NCBI RefSeq assembly: GCF_023055435.1
Contig: NW_025964334.1
Coordinates: 31,000,001-31,064,000 of the forward strand
Direction: 5' to 3'
Length of the DNA: 64,000 nt
Source: Haliotis rufescens
Taxonomy: Eukaryota
Positions 1 to 13,024 of the stretch are shown here, one piece after another; position 1 is the stretch's first letter; each line of letters begins with the position of its first letter. Made by a program: the position numbers and the translations under genes. The notes below the pieces were generated by a model. It saw only the letters and a list, made by a program, of their open reading frames with translations, was not told where the DNA came from and made no database searches.

Positions 1-198
1 GTTGTGGGTTCGAATCCCGGTTCGCCCCGATTATGTTTCTAGCGTTGTCAGCACCATACCCGTGCTCGTGGGTTTCACCGAAGTGGTAAATGTCTGAGAC
101 CTGCATCACTTCGGGCTTTCCTCCCACATTAAGCTGCCACCCCGTGATATTCCTGTAATACTTTCAAAAGCGGCGTTAAACCCAACTCACTCGCTCAC
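1..198 (+). mobile_element. tRNA-headed SINE family A (cut by window edge)
   Basis: B-box GGTTCGAATCCC at the window start, body ...GAGACCTGCATCACTTCGGGCTTTCCTCCCACATTAAG..., tail GCGGCGTTAAACCCAAC(TCAC)n; more than 10 copies in the window. Confidence 0.85.
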
Positions 199-435
199 TA
201 GAAAAGTGGGGACGGGGTTTGTCGGATGCTGAAAAAAAAAATTGTCCTCCGGTTTGATCACCTATGTATATTGTTCACAGGCCAAGCTGGACGGCCCCAA
301 ACATGGCTGCCGCGCACAACGTCATGACCCTCGATTTTGAAAAAACTCCAAAGAGACCGAGATTTGGATTCATTCTATTCAGTTCTTTTCAAGTTATTCA
401 TAATCACTTTGTTGACCTGCTAACCAAAGCACCCA

Positions 436-539
436 ACGTCTGAGACCTGCATCCCTTCGGGCTTTCCTCCCACATTAAGTTGACACGCCGTGATATAACG
501 GAATACTGTTAAAAGCGGCGTTAACCCAACTCACTCACT
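436..539 (+). mobile_element. SINE family A, 3' fragment
   Basis: Same body and (ACTC)n tail as 1-198, 5'-truncated. Confidence 0.8.
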
Positions 540-2504
540 TATCCCTGACCTAACATCCTGGACTATCTGGTGTAGTACTAGTACTTACTCATTCTATTAG
601 TATAAACATCCTGGGCACATTCGCACCAAGGCTTCGTTTCGGACGTGTCTGCATTTTCTTATCACTAACTTAAATCAGGATTTCACTCGCTCATGAGAGT
701 AATCTGATCGGATGACTATATTAAGCGACGAATGTTTAGTCTTTCGAATCGGGCTCAAAACGAAGCTTTTGGGTGTCCAGACTGAAGATAAAATACACTG
801 GAATATCGAGGATGGGTCACCCAATAACGTGCCATTTAACGGGGAAAGGTAAATACACTAAACTACGGTTATAACGATAGGGACCACTAAATTTGTTTCG
901 TTATATAATTTAAGTTCGTTATGTGCACAATTACGGCATATATACAGCAAATGGACGGGACCAAAAACAGTTCGTTATAAGCCTGTTTTGATTACATTTA
1001 CCTTTATTTAAACCTTGTATCAGAAAAAAACCCATAACCCATGAGGGAAGATGTTCGTCTTTACCCGAACTCATTCAAAGCTGACAATTCTCGTTTTGAG
1101 ATGCGTACTTAAAAGAAGGTCGCAATGATAGAAATGAAAGAGGGACGACTTCGTTGTGTCAGTGACATCTTTTTTTTCTGAAACCCCCTTTGATGAGGCT
1201 TCGTCGGGTAAAACGACTGCTGCAGTTGCTCAGTCAGGTAAAACGTGTTTATCACATGTGTAGCCCAGACTAACAGAAGCCGTGACATCGTATAGCATCA
1301 AAGCACTTTTATGGCCGTCGATGAAGTAGGGTGGAAACACGTCCCATTACCTAGCAAAGACACGTGACACACATCCGAGGCCTTTTCGCATAAGCTTTAC
1401 CCTGATTGTCATCCCTCTAGATTGTGCGAGGTCATCTGAGTTTTTAGGCTCCTACAAGACGCCAGTTTGTTAACAGTGGAGATGCAATGCACTGAATAAT
1501 CGTATATAGATACTCTTTATCTTGTAATTACCAAGTGATTAAAGTGTTTTCTCCAGGTTCGATTAACATGGTTACAATGTGTGAAGCAAATTCTTTGTGT
1601 TCCGCGCTTCTATAAGGCCAGACTCCTGAAAGAGGCGTCCCACTCACATGTACTATGTCTTTTAAAAAATAAAACAAAAATAGAAAATAATAATAAAAGT
1701 TCACTTATATACTGACGTATTTCCTGTGCATCAGGAATAGAATAAATTGGGCAAGCTACACTCTGTCAGTATAAAACGACAAAGCCAGAGAATTACCAGT
1801 CTCGAGTATCCGCCGAAATATATTCCATTGCGCGGAATGGTAAAAATGGCGATGTAAATTATATCAATGGGTGACTGGAAATAGTGATGAAAAAGGCAAT
1901 ATTCACTTGGGTTTACGGCAAACATAGATTTTTTTTATACTGTGACCCATTCTGCTCTGAATCCACACGGTGTTTTTCGTAGCGTAATTTTTGCCATTGG
2001 TTGACGAATGCTCGACCTCATTTATGAGGTCATGGATCGACTCACTGAGGTTTTCACCTGGATAGGTTGTGAGGATATCCTCTTGTGATTGCTCACATAG
2101 TTGTGTGTCATGGCCAAACTCTAGAGGAGGTTGTAAATTCCTCCATATCGAAATACAACATAACACTTGAATAGTACGTCAGAAATAAACATACATTTCA
2201 TTATTTATAGGTGACCGATTTTTTTTTCTACTGGTGACCTTGTTTCGAATTCGCGTGACCTTCTTCACGTGTCATTATTGCAGGCAGCCGCTGATCTGAT
2301 TTGTTTTCAGTTTGTGCATATCTCCATAAATACATGTAAAACAACACTATGACTCATGTGATATTATTTCAACATATTTACACAAATGCAGAACTGAATT
2401 GCCAAATGACAAAAAACACCCCTACTTTTCCAAAAAAGGTTGAATCCGCGCATGCTTCCCCCCAGTTATTTACCACAGTGTGCGTACATGACTACGAGAG
2501 GGTT

Positions 2505-2708
2505 CGGGTTTCAATGGGTTCCCAAAACCCATTCTTGTCGTAAGAGGTGAAGGAATGGATCGACGATCAGGTTCACTGACTTAGTTGCGTGGAACATTAC
2601 TCATGATATCAATCACTGTTTTTTCTTGTCCAGATACCAATATTTACAGGCTGTCGTGATATAACCGCGTGGAATATTGCTGCGTGCGGCGTTAAAGAGC
2701 AAACAAAC
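2505..2708 (+). mobile_element. Retroposon family B, diverged copy
   Basis: CTTGTCGTAAGAGG...GGAATATTGCTGCGTGCGGCGTTAAA matches the full copy at 28886-29151. Confidence 0.7.
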
Positions 2709-4426
2709 TGTGCATAGATCTATAGAGACACTCTGTCGGACCGACCCTTGGTTGTGAGTGTTCAAGATTTTCAACAAGGATGTTAAATGTTTGCATGACC
2801 AGGTTAAGGATGGACCGTGGTCATGAATAAGGCTCTAATAATGACCGAGGTTCCAGCTGCATCAACTCGGCCTAGTTTGAAAGTCATGCGTGGAGGATCT
2901 AGAGGTCATGCCACCAAGGTCAGGTCACATGGGTTGGAATTTTTCAAGGGATATAATATGAGCAAAGTTCATAACACAAATTATTTTACTCTTAGAGACC
3001 GACAACTCATGGAAGTACCTTGTGAACTTTTGACAGCAATATACATGGCTAACATATAAATAATGCTGTGCACATCACAGGCAATGAGAGTTTATGGGAT
3101 TCTCTTAAAATTTATAGGATATGACATGAAAACTTTTAATGTTTGTATTAGATAGTCAATATGAAGGACAAAGCCATTATTTTACATGGCGCAGACAAGC
3201 TGATTCTCTCATTCGTCTTGCACCGGACTCAATAATTTAGACCTTATGATTTTGTATATCCATATTATGTATTATTTTCATTATATTTTTACATTGTGAC
3301 TCTAATGATTTTATGTCTCCCAGATCCTAGAAAATATAATTGAAAAAGGAGTCCATCTCAATTTTATAATTGATTGGGCAAGTCCAGATTAAGTTTGATA
3401 TAAAGCATTGTTCAGGGCTCCATTTGGTTATTTTTATTATTATGCAGATATATGTTTTAAAAATAGATAACTTTATTTATTGGACTATATGTTAGTCTAC
3501 ATTAAGGAGTGTAAACTGATAACAGCTCCCTTCATTGTTTCCGACCTTGTACGTTTTATTGCCGGCGCCTTGAACTGCTGGTTTGAACAGTTATTGCTCC
3601 AGTATAAATTCAACGACTATCTTCAAGTGGTTGATTTCTTCAGTAGTAAATCATACACGACTGTTCAAGTCAGAAAGAGTTTCCATAAACAGGTTAAGAG
3701 CCAGATAGCGAGTCAGTCACCTGGGCCCCACCCAAGCGTTCTAAAGCACATGATCGAAAAATAGTTAAAAATGGAATGGCAAAAACTTCCCTCCCGTTAC
3801 AATTTGTTCTGTTGATATTTTGTGTCAAATATTCGGTCGGCGAACCTATAACAATAATGACAATTGATGTAGAATAGCACCTCATGAAAATTAATTGTTT
3901 GATTGACAATATGTCAGATGAGTTGGACATTAATGTTTCATAAGAAAGCGTTAAATTTCTCGTTGCATCGTATGAGCCTGATTGAAGAGAGAACCCTTAT
4001 TGTTAAAAAAATGTATCTGTGCAACGTGAATGTGTAAGAGTCACCTCCCTTGATTTTTAGTATGGGAACGATAAACATAATAGCATGTGTTTACGGCCTT
4101 ATGAAAATTAGAGTTATTGCGTTGCACATACAGAGAGCTGCTGTTTGATCTCGGCTGTGTCAACAATGTCTGATTTATAACTGCAGCAGATACAAGGTGT
4201 GGTAGTTAGACTTTGCCCAATGGTCTTGTGCCAATTTCAAACCTTTGTCCAGATGGATATGTCGTCTGAGCGCCATGTTTGAGACCGAGACTGAGCTTCG
4301 ATGTAAACATGGTAACAATTGAATGGTACATAAAGATGTAGATAATGACATATTTGAGTTAGCAGATAAACAAAGTCATTATGAATAACTTGAAAAGAAC
4401 AGAATAGAATTTTCCAAGTATAGGTC

Positions 4427-4860
4427 TTTTTTTTTTTTTTTCAAAAACGAGGGTCATGACGTTATGTGCGGCAGCCATGTTTGAGGCCGTCCAGCTTGGC
4501 CTGTGTACAATATGCATAGGTGATCAAACCGGAGGACAATTTGTTTTTCAGCATCCGACAAACCCCGTCCCTACTTTTCTAGTGAGTGAGTGAGTTGGGT
4601 TTAACGCCGCTTTTAACAGTAGTACAGTAACATCACGGCGTGTCAGCTTAATGTGGGAGGAAAGCCCGAAGCGATGCAGGTCTCAGACGTTTACCACTTC
4701 GGTGAAACCCACGAGCACGGGTATGGTGCTGACAAACCTAGAAACATATTCGGAGCGAACCGGGATTCGAACCCAAAATCATAGGTTTCTGGCGCGCTCA
4801 AGGGACGCAACTCTGCACAGCGAATCGCAGCGCCTTAGACGACTGGGCCAACCGTGCACC
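4427..4860 (-). mobile_element. SINE family A full length plus ~150-bp 3' flank, an inverted copy of 1-345
   Basis: Reverse complement of 1-345, including non-SINE flank; A-box TGGCCCAGTCG and B-box GGTTCGAATCCC on the minus strand. Confidence 0.85.
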
Positions 4861-4924
4861 GAGCTGGGAACCGCCTTTAACCCGGAATTCCCTTTTGGTT
4901 GTACAATACAGTTAACAGTAAATG

Positions 4925-5131
4925 TTGTTGGTTGGTTTGTTGTTTAACGCCGCAATATTCGAGCTGTATGACGGCGGTATCACCACATCGAACCATGCAA
5001 TTGGTATACGATGACAGGCATCAACCAAGTCAGCGAGCCTGACCACCCGATCCCGTTACGACAAGCACAGTCGCTTTTTACGACAAGTATGGGTTTTAAT
5101 GAAGACCTATTATAACCCGGATCTTCAAGAG
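4925..5131 (-). mobile_element. Retroposon family B, internally deleted
   Basis: Head GAAGATCCGGGTTATAATAGGTCTTC and tail GCGGCGTTAAACAACAAAC on the minus strand. Confidence 0.8.
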
Positions 5132-5235
5132 TAAAAGTAAATATAAATCATATGAATAGCAAATGCAAACGACATGCTGAAAGATTAAACTTAAGACAGG
5201 GCGTTGTGGTAAAAGATCTTAGTATCGGTCAGTGA

Positions 5236-5440
5236 TGTGAGTTGCTATTTGAACAGTATTCCAGTTATATCACGGCGTGTCAGCTTAATCTGACAGGAAA
5301 CGGTATGGTGCTGACAAACCCAGAAACATAATAGGGATCGGGGCGAACCGGGATGTGAACCCACGCTCATAGGTTTCTGGTATGCTAAGGGGTCGCAACT
5401 CTGCGCAGCTACTTGCCCGACTGGGCCACCCGTACCTCCC
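5236..5440 (-). mobile_element. SINE family A, internally deleted
   Basis: Head and tail match family A. Confidence 0.75.
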
Positions 5441-5446
5441 AAGGCT

Positions 5447-6330
5447 TTAGATGACCACACCATGACACCGGATGCATGTGGGGGCGTGGTTGTAATTAGC
5501 ATTGTTGGGTGTCATTCTACATGCAAATGTGCAGACAAGCTGTCAGTGGCTAAGGGTTAGATGGCCACACCATGACACCGGATGCATGTGGGGGCGTGGT
5601 TGTAATTAGCATTGTTGGGTGTCTTTCTACATGCAAATGTGCAGACAAGCTGTCAGTGGCTAAGGATTAGATGACCACACCATGACACCGGATGCATGTG
5701 GGGGCGTGGTTGTAATTAGCATTGTTGGGTGTCTTTCTACATGCAAATGTGCAGACAAGCTGTCAGTGGCTAAGGATTAGATGACCACACCATGACACCG
5801 GATGCATGTGGAGGCGTGGTTGTAATTAGCATTGTTGGTTGTCATTCTACATGACAATGTGGAGACAAGCTGTCAGTGGCTAAGGGTTAGATGACCACAC
5901 CATGACACCGGATGCATGTGGGGGCGTGGTTGTAATTAGCATTGTTGGGTGTCTTTCTACATGCAAATGTGCAGACAAGCTGTCAGTGGCTAAGGGTTAG
6001 ATGACCACACCATGACACCGGATGCATGTGGGGGCGTGGTTGTAATTAGCATTGTTGGGTGTCTTTCTACATGCAAATGTGCAGACAAGCTGTCAGTGGC
6101 TAAGGATTAGATGACCACACCATGACACCGGATGCATGTGGGGGCGTGGTTGTAATTAGCATTGTTGGGTGTCTTTCTACATGCAAATGTGCAGACAAGC
6201 TGTCAGTGGCTAAGGGTTAGATGACCACACCATGACACCGGATGCATGTGGGGGGCATGGTTGTAATAAGCATTGTTGGGTGTCATTCTACATGCAAATG
6301 TGCAGACAAGCTGTCAGTGGCTAAGGGTTA
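5447..6330. repeat. Tandem array, 110-bp unit x 8
   Basis: ATG(A/G)CCACAC recurs at 5451, 5561, 5671, 5781, 5891, 6001, 6111 and 6221; copies nearly identical. Confidence 0.97.
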
Positions 6331-7252
6331 CAGTTTGTTTGACAGGCGAGCTATCATACATGACAAGGGTCATCAACCAGCATGTCAATGTGCCACCCCA
6401 CTACAATAAATGAATACACCAGCCACGTAACCGCCATGTTTCTTGTCACGTGACAGACGCCACCTTCAGGATGACTTTGACTTGTTGAAGTCTGCGCAAC
6501 AGCTGCATATGTAGGGACCTAATAAATCTCAGACAAACGACATGCTGTGACTATTCAAGCATGTGCCTCTATATATACCTATATATTCCGTATCTTCACA
6601 TAAATGATTGCTCGCCGGGGTAACGTGGCGCTGGAAAAAGTATCATATTACTGGCTTTACATTTTAACATAAGTACCGCTCTGAGTGAATTTGACAAAAT
6701 GTCGAATCGAACTTAAGAAATCTCTTTTCATGTTCACTTTTAGAAACTATTGAAAACTATGAAAATGAATACGTTTATTGTTGCGGTGAATCAGTACAAA
6801 GGTACGCTCCCTCAGGTAAATAGGTCAAAATACATGTATACACTCTTAAAATAAAGAACCGCACAGGTAGTATGTAGTTCATTGTACCTGACTACACAAA
6901 AATCCGGGATAATGTTGGTGGCCTGATATTCGACAAACGGTGCGTCAAAATGCAGCCATTGTCGATTTGCAAATTCTTCAACGGCATTATTTTCATACTT
7001 GTTCAAGGAGATGCAGAGCCGTGATTGCTGACTGGGGCGGTCACACGAGATACTGAGTTCAGCGCTATCTTGCGGCCTTATGTGACATGACAATGAACAG
7101 TTTTCAATGCCTTTTGTACAACTAAAACATGTGATTATTGAGCTTCAACATTTCATATTTGTATCAATGATATTAAAGTAAATATATCGACTTTATTAGG
7201 TACAATATGTTTACTGAAAATCTACCTGTGCGGGTGAAGAGTGTATACAAAT

Positions 7253-7500
7253 TGAGTGAGTTGTGAACAATACTTCAGTTGTATCAGGGCGTGTCAGCTT
7301 GATGTGAGAGGACAACCCAAAGTGATGCCGCCCTTGGACGTTTACCGCTTTGGTGAAACTCAAGAGCAGGGGAATCAAATGGGTATGGTGTTGACAAACT
7401 TAGATGATCTGGGGTAGAATTGGTCTTCAGCAACCCATGCTTGCTTTTAAAGGCGACTATGCTTGTCGTAAGCAGCGACTGACAGGATCGGGTTATTGGC
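7253..7500. mobile_element. Family A fragment (-) abutting a family B head (+)
   Basis: 7253-7400 matches the family A tail and body; 7403-7500 matches the family B head. Confidence 0.7.
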
Positions 7501-8599
7501 TCTTTTGATTTGCCGTGATCGATATTTCACAATAGAAGCAGCTGTGATACGTTATTTCTCAACTGTTCTATTGTTGTGAAGTTTGCCAATAAATTAAACG
7601 TCTTCTGTGAAATGTCTTTTATTTTTCGTGAACTGTTATTATTCGTTATCAGTTTCATATCGAAACTGGAAAATGTGGTAAATTTGGGAAACCATCAAGA
7701 AACGCCCGATCTGACAAGTTGTCACCAAGTACTATAGGAATATGAGGTGCAGCCCTAGTTTATACATGCAAAAACATAACCTTAAAAATGATATGCTTTA
7801 CGTCACAATCACATTTATAAGTAAGAATGGATCATTTCTTATCTCTATGAAATATGAATTATTTTAGACGATAGTTATGGTGAAACGGATGGAAACACTA
7901 CCTGTGATCTGTGAAAAAGGTGGTCTGAATGACCAGTTATTGGGCATAGGCATTCCCTACCCTCATTTAACAATGGAGTGAAGCGAATTTGCAATGATAG
8001 AAACTGATCAACATCAAATGAGTGAGAGAGATGTTACGCCGCTTTTGGCATTATCATCAAATAGTTCGCCGTTTGAGAATCTAACCCGCGGGTGTTCGGC
8101 GTGACGAAGCCTCGCTTTGATCACCTGGCTACACATCACCCCTACAGTATGTGAATGGGAGATTAATAGACCATGAGTACATAAGATGTATGGAGAGCGT
8201 TTTAAAAACATTAATTAAATACATGTATGTAAACATGTCATTGTACATCTGAAGTGTTAGCATTTAATAATAACAGTGATCAAGTGCTTACTAATGTATA
8301 TTTCTGGTCTAACGTCCGCTCATCCGAAATATGAACTACAAATGCCCTGCTACCCATCATGACCCTTGTTAGGATGAAAGAGGGGGTATTGTTTAACTCT
8401 TCTGTCCTAATTATTCAAGCGATGTCGAGAGGCCTGTAACTGATCGAGTCTGAGCAGGACAAATAGTGGGTAGTAACATGAACACCATCGTAACCACCCG
8501 GTCCGATTTAGGCAGCTCTTACGGCAAGCTTGCGGTACTGAGGACGGATGTTTACCCGGTGGACCTATTTTGACCCGGATAGGACCGTCTCGGGTTTCT

Positions 8600-8737
8600 A
8601 GTGAGTGAGTGAGTTGGGTTTAACGCCGCTTTTAAAAGTATTTAAGTTCTATCACGGCGAGGAAAGCCCGAAGTGATGCAGGTCTCAGACGTTTACTACT
8701 TCGGTGAAACCCACTAGCACGGGTATGGTGCTGACAA
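8600..8737 (-). mobile_element. SINE family A, 3' half
   Basis: (GTGA)n GTTGGGTTTAACGCCGC...GGTGCTGACAA. Confidence 0.8.
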
Positions 8738-8743
8738 GAGTTT

Positions 8744-9085
8744 CTAGTGGATAGAGCGTCTTCACGTAGAGCGAGGGTCGGTGGTTCGATACCCGGCCGC
8801 GTCATACCAATAGACGTTAACACATGTTACTTGTTGTTACCCTTCCTGGCGCTCGGCATGAAGGGGCTAAAACAGTGGCTGGTCGGTACGAAGTCAGTAT
8901 AATGTGTCTGAGTGTGGTATTCATGTTACACTGCGGCATGGTGTATCAGTGTGCTAGCATTATAAGACCGGCATCAGTCCAGAATTGTACAAGCAACCAC
9001 AAACACACACATGCATGCATGACGCAACATATACGAACAATTATCTTGAACGAGACCCCACCTACCCCTTTTCACCTCACCTCAC
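8744..9085 (+). mobile_element. tRNA-headed SINE family D (Meta-domain-like)
   Basis: CTAGTGGATAGAGCG...GGTTCGATACCCGG then GTCATACCAA...GGCATGAAGGGGCTAAAAC...; tail (CACCT)n; matches 52389-52753. Confidence 0.8.
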
Positions 9086-9579
9086 AATGGGGGTTAATTC
9101 TACTAAATCACAATACCGGTATATAATTATTAAATTCGATTAAGACACATCAATTACAAACACAAGTAACATCTCGGTCGTTTTTAATCGGCGTTATTTA
9201 CGACCAACACAAGGTAGCAATGTTTAGAATATGGTCAGTACGAAGAAGGTAGCTTGGATATCAAGGAAGCCATTGATTGTATTTATCGTGCATCCAATCG
9301 GGGTCGTTTTCAAGCAGGTAACCAATCCTTACATGTCAAACTGTATTCTTAATTGAGAATTTGTGACTCATTGATGATCCAAATGTCATAGTTCGTCAAA
9401 TGTGGACATATAAACATGTCCGTGTGATAGAGATGGGCGTTCGTTATTCCGAAAAATGAAAAAAGTAAGTTGCTGGTATTTGTATCCCCAAATGTCATTG
9501 CCCTGACATTGAAGATTCACGACTGACAACGGTCCAGAAAATATGGTTTAATTTCCAATTCGTGTCATATGACTTTAGT

Positions 9580-9738
9580 GAGTGAGTATGGTTTTACGCC
9601 GCTTTTAGGAATATTCCAGCAATATCACGTCGGGGGACACCATAAATGGGCTTCACACATTGTACCCATGTCAGGAATCGAACCCGGATCTTCGGCGTGA
9701 CGAGCGAACACTTTAACCACTAGGCTACCCGACCGCCC
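9580..9738 (-). mobile_element. Short tRNA(Asp-like)-headed SINE family C with 14-bp TSD
   Basis: Minus strand TAGCCTAGTGG (A-box), CTCGTCACGCC, GGTTCGATTCC (B-box), (ACTC)n tail; TSD CATATGACTTTAGT at 9566-9579 and 9739-9752. Confidence 0.9.
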
Positions 9739-10654
9739 CATATGACTTTAGTTTAAACCATTAAACTCGATGACTTATGTTGTAATGTCCCGCTATGTTG
9801 TCAACGATCAAGATAACAGCATACATATCGAACTCCAGAATGACTCACACAATGCCAACAGCTGCGCACCCATAAACGTCGCATGGTTCCCGTGTTACCC
9901 TGTGGAAACTCTCGTTATTCCCGCCATGTGCAAGGTGCGGTATTATCACCAACTGTTAATGTTGTTAACAGATGAATGTGCAAACATAATATAATACCAT
10001 CCTAACTCTTTAAAATGCCTGGTTTGAAATTAAGTACAAGGGATTGAAATAGTCAGATAAGCTTTCATGATTCACTTTTGAAGGAGTGATCTCATAGATG
10101 ACATATGGGAGGTGAGGTGAGCTGAAATGGGGTTTAACGTCGCGTTCATGATTTTGCACATATATAGCGACGTGGATGAGATATTGGACACCGCCATGGA
10201 GTAAAATTACCTAAGAACATTTCAGGGTACTTATAACGCCTTTAGGGTAATCAAATATTCATCTGTCATATAGAAGGAGTAGAGTGCAAGCGAAATGAAA
10301 GAAAAAATGAATTAAAACTACTTCAACGAAATACTGTTTTACAAAAAGGACACCGGGTGTTCGTGAAACGGATCAGCGTTTCAGTCCTACAGGGAGCACC
10401 CGTCATAGCTGAAGGTCAGGTCGGGGTGACCCAGTGGTCACGATTCAGTGGTCCTCGATAACAGTTATTCCAGAATGTTATTCTATCTCAAGTAATTTTG
10501 GGGATGACAATTTTTTTATGCTACATGGTGATTTACTTGCATAACAAAGTGAAAAGTTCTTTCGTTTGCGTATTTTTAAGGAATTTGAAGTGTTATACCC
10601 TTTAAAGCGTCTGAGGCGGATCAAGGTTTCGAAAAAGTGAGATGGTGGTGGTGT

Positions 10655-10675
10655 TGGTTGTTGTTGTTGTTGTTG

Positions 10676-10728
<53 letters not shown>
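10655..10728. repeat. (GTT)n(GT)n compound microsatellite
   Basis: Read directly from sequence. Confidence 0.95.
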
Positions 10729-10729
<1 letters not shown>

Positions 10730-12977
10730 TAAACACTGTTACAATTAGCAACATGTTTAAAGATCATTCACCTTTTAAAAGCGAATCAATAGAATACCAC
10801 AAACACAGAAACCTTATGGGTGGAATTCGGAATGCTTAAAATGTAGACTATTTTAAAATCTAAAATGACACAATGGCCTTGTGTGGTAACCATACCCCTG
10901 TTCAAAGCCCCTGGCGTTGCGAACATTGTTCTGGTCGTTGTTGAGGCGTCATGTCAACTATTAGACACTTACATCGGTTATTACAAGGCTTCTTCAGAAA
11001 GATGCTTGTTTGAACATTACGTCAAAACATATATATTTTACCGGGGAAAAAAAGGAAACCAAACGTAAAGTGAGTCATGTGTTTGACATCAAATGCATTA
11101 AAAAAATTACCAGAGTTAATATTATCGTAGTTACGTCAATACAAATTATTTATTTTGAGCGTGTCAGTTGTGAAGAAAGCTTGAAGTCATGCAGACCTTA
11201 GGTCGCGTTTTCAACTTTGGCGATTCCATGAGCACAGAGATGATGCTGATAAACACAGAAACGTGATCAGACGAAGTCACGATCATAGGTGTCTGGCACT
11301 TCAAAGGGACGCAACTCTGTAAGCTATTTGCGGCGTCTTACACGACGTGACCACCTGTGCCGCCTAATCGTTTCGTGTCATAAATCAGATATCCACCACA
11401 CCAATCCAAAAATGAATGAATGAATGAATGAATGCCCTTGAAATATAGCCTCAGTTTCAAACAAGACACTAGATTAAAAACGGACTGAAAAACTGTGCAG
11501 TTTAATCCTTCTCTATTGGTTAAATTATGTACGATTAAACGAGTCTCTTACATTATCTTCATGGCTTCAAATCTCTGTTCGTCGAAGCATCACTGATAAT
11601 GGAGGAATTTCAAATTCAAATAAAGGTTCAACCTACTCTCACTTCAAATCCAAAATTATTTTAGAAAACCATCTGAAAATTTTCCATTTAGTTTGGCAAT
11701 AAATTACTATGTTTTCAAATATCTTGCCTCAACCTGCATGCCTATTTCAAATGGGTTGATTGAGTAAAAACCAATATAGGACAGGGTATGTGTAAATTAT
11801 GTAACATGGATGAAAATCGGAGGTGAATTTTATTAATTGTTTAGAAGTAAATATTTCACAGACGAAAGAAAATTATAAATGTCAGAAGACTATTTAGGAC
11901 CAAAACAATTAAATTTTTTTATCACTATTTATTTGTATCAAATTGTCAGACATTTCAAAACTTTGTAAATTGTGAATTTACTTATAAAATATGTAAAATC
12001 TTCCGATTAATATTGTTTCCGACATCACACATTGTAAATATTGTCATTTGTACCTAATATGCTCAAGATTTCGGTCTGAGAGAAATAAATATTTATTGTC
12101 TTCTTTAATAACACGTAGAAGGTAGTATAAGGTGGTACTTTCTGAAACCAGCGAATCTAATCAATGAACGTGTTTTCGTTATAAGGAAGACTGATTAGAT
12201 CTACACCCGGAGTCGACAATCAGTTATGTATATGCCCTAAAACCATGCTGTACCTTAGCGGTTAGTCCTGCACCATGACTGTCGAAAATATTTATTATAT
12301 GAAAATAATAATCTAGAAACGCATACAAAAGCAAGTTTAGCAAGCTCAAGCTAGCTCTATTCCACATGAAATCGGCATAGGGATTTTTTTTATTTAGAGT
12401 CACGAAGGATACTGTGTAATATAAGATTTCATAGACAAAATGTTAGTCTACTTAGCGGTCATTGCTTGTCATGTGATACATGACCCATCATCGTGAATGA
12501 GACGTCGCCGCTTGAAATGGGCATAGTTGATGATTCAACAGTGACAGGTATTTTAATCAATGTCTTGATTGACGTGGAATTTGACATACTTGATTAACGA
12601 CATAATAACGAATGGTGATGTATCTTGCATTGACGTGTTGATGAATTGATATACGTCAAATTCAGTATAAATCTGAAGTGCCAAATGACCAATTTATTGA
12701 ACAAACCGAATCCAAAATGGAATACAAATTATTTTGGTCCGTCATTTCATGAGAGACTGAAGTTGTGTATTTTATGTTTGTATTCTATTAAAAAAGACAC
12801 ACAATGACTGTTTATGATTTTTTCTAAAGTACAGACTGTCTACACTACGTAGTTAGGTGCGAGGAAACTAAATCATACGTCTATTCTTTGAAAGCACTAC
12901 TGACAATTCCATGTATATAAACATGGCGTATTTCCTCTAAACGCATACGGTTATTTTTCACTTTTTAATGACCTGAC

Positions 12978-13024
12978 ACCCCCCCCCCCCCCACCCCCAC
13001 CCCCACCCCCACCCCCACCCCCCC
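12978..13024. repeat. poly-C/(CCCCCA)n tract, potential G-quadruplex on the minus strand
   Basis: Read directly; many G-runs on the minus strand. Confidence 0.85.

Noticed and set aside
1731-2166. ORFs 1903-2166 and 1731-1925 as downstream exons of the orphan signal-peptide gene, or a Crypton/DUF3504 relic
   Set aside because: No convincing domain motif or splice-phase support; resemblance too weak to call without a profile search
4651-5502. ORFs 4651-4947 and 5245-5502, and similar short ORFs over SINEs and microsatellites elsewhere
   Set aside because: They are translations of non-coding repeats
9660-9738. Functional tRNA-Asp gene (likewise the tRNA-like heads at 27831 and 52389)
   Set aside because: The acceptor stem does not pair, and each head continues into a SINE body, tail and TSD
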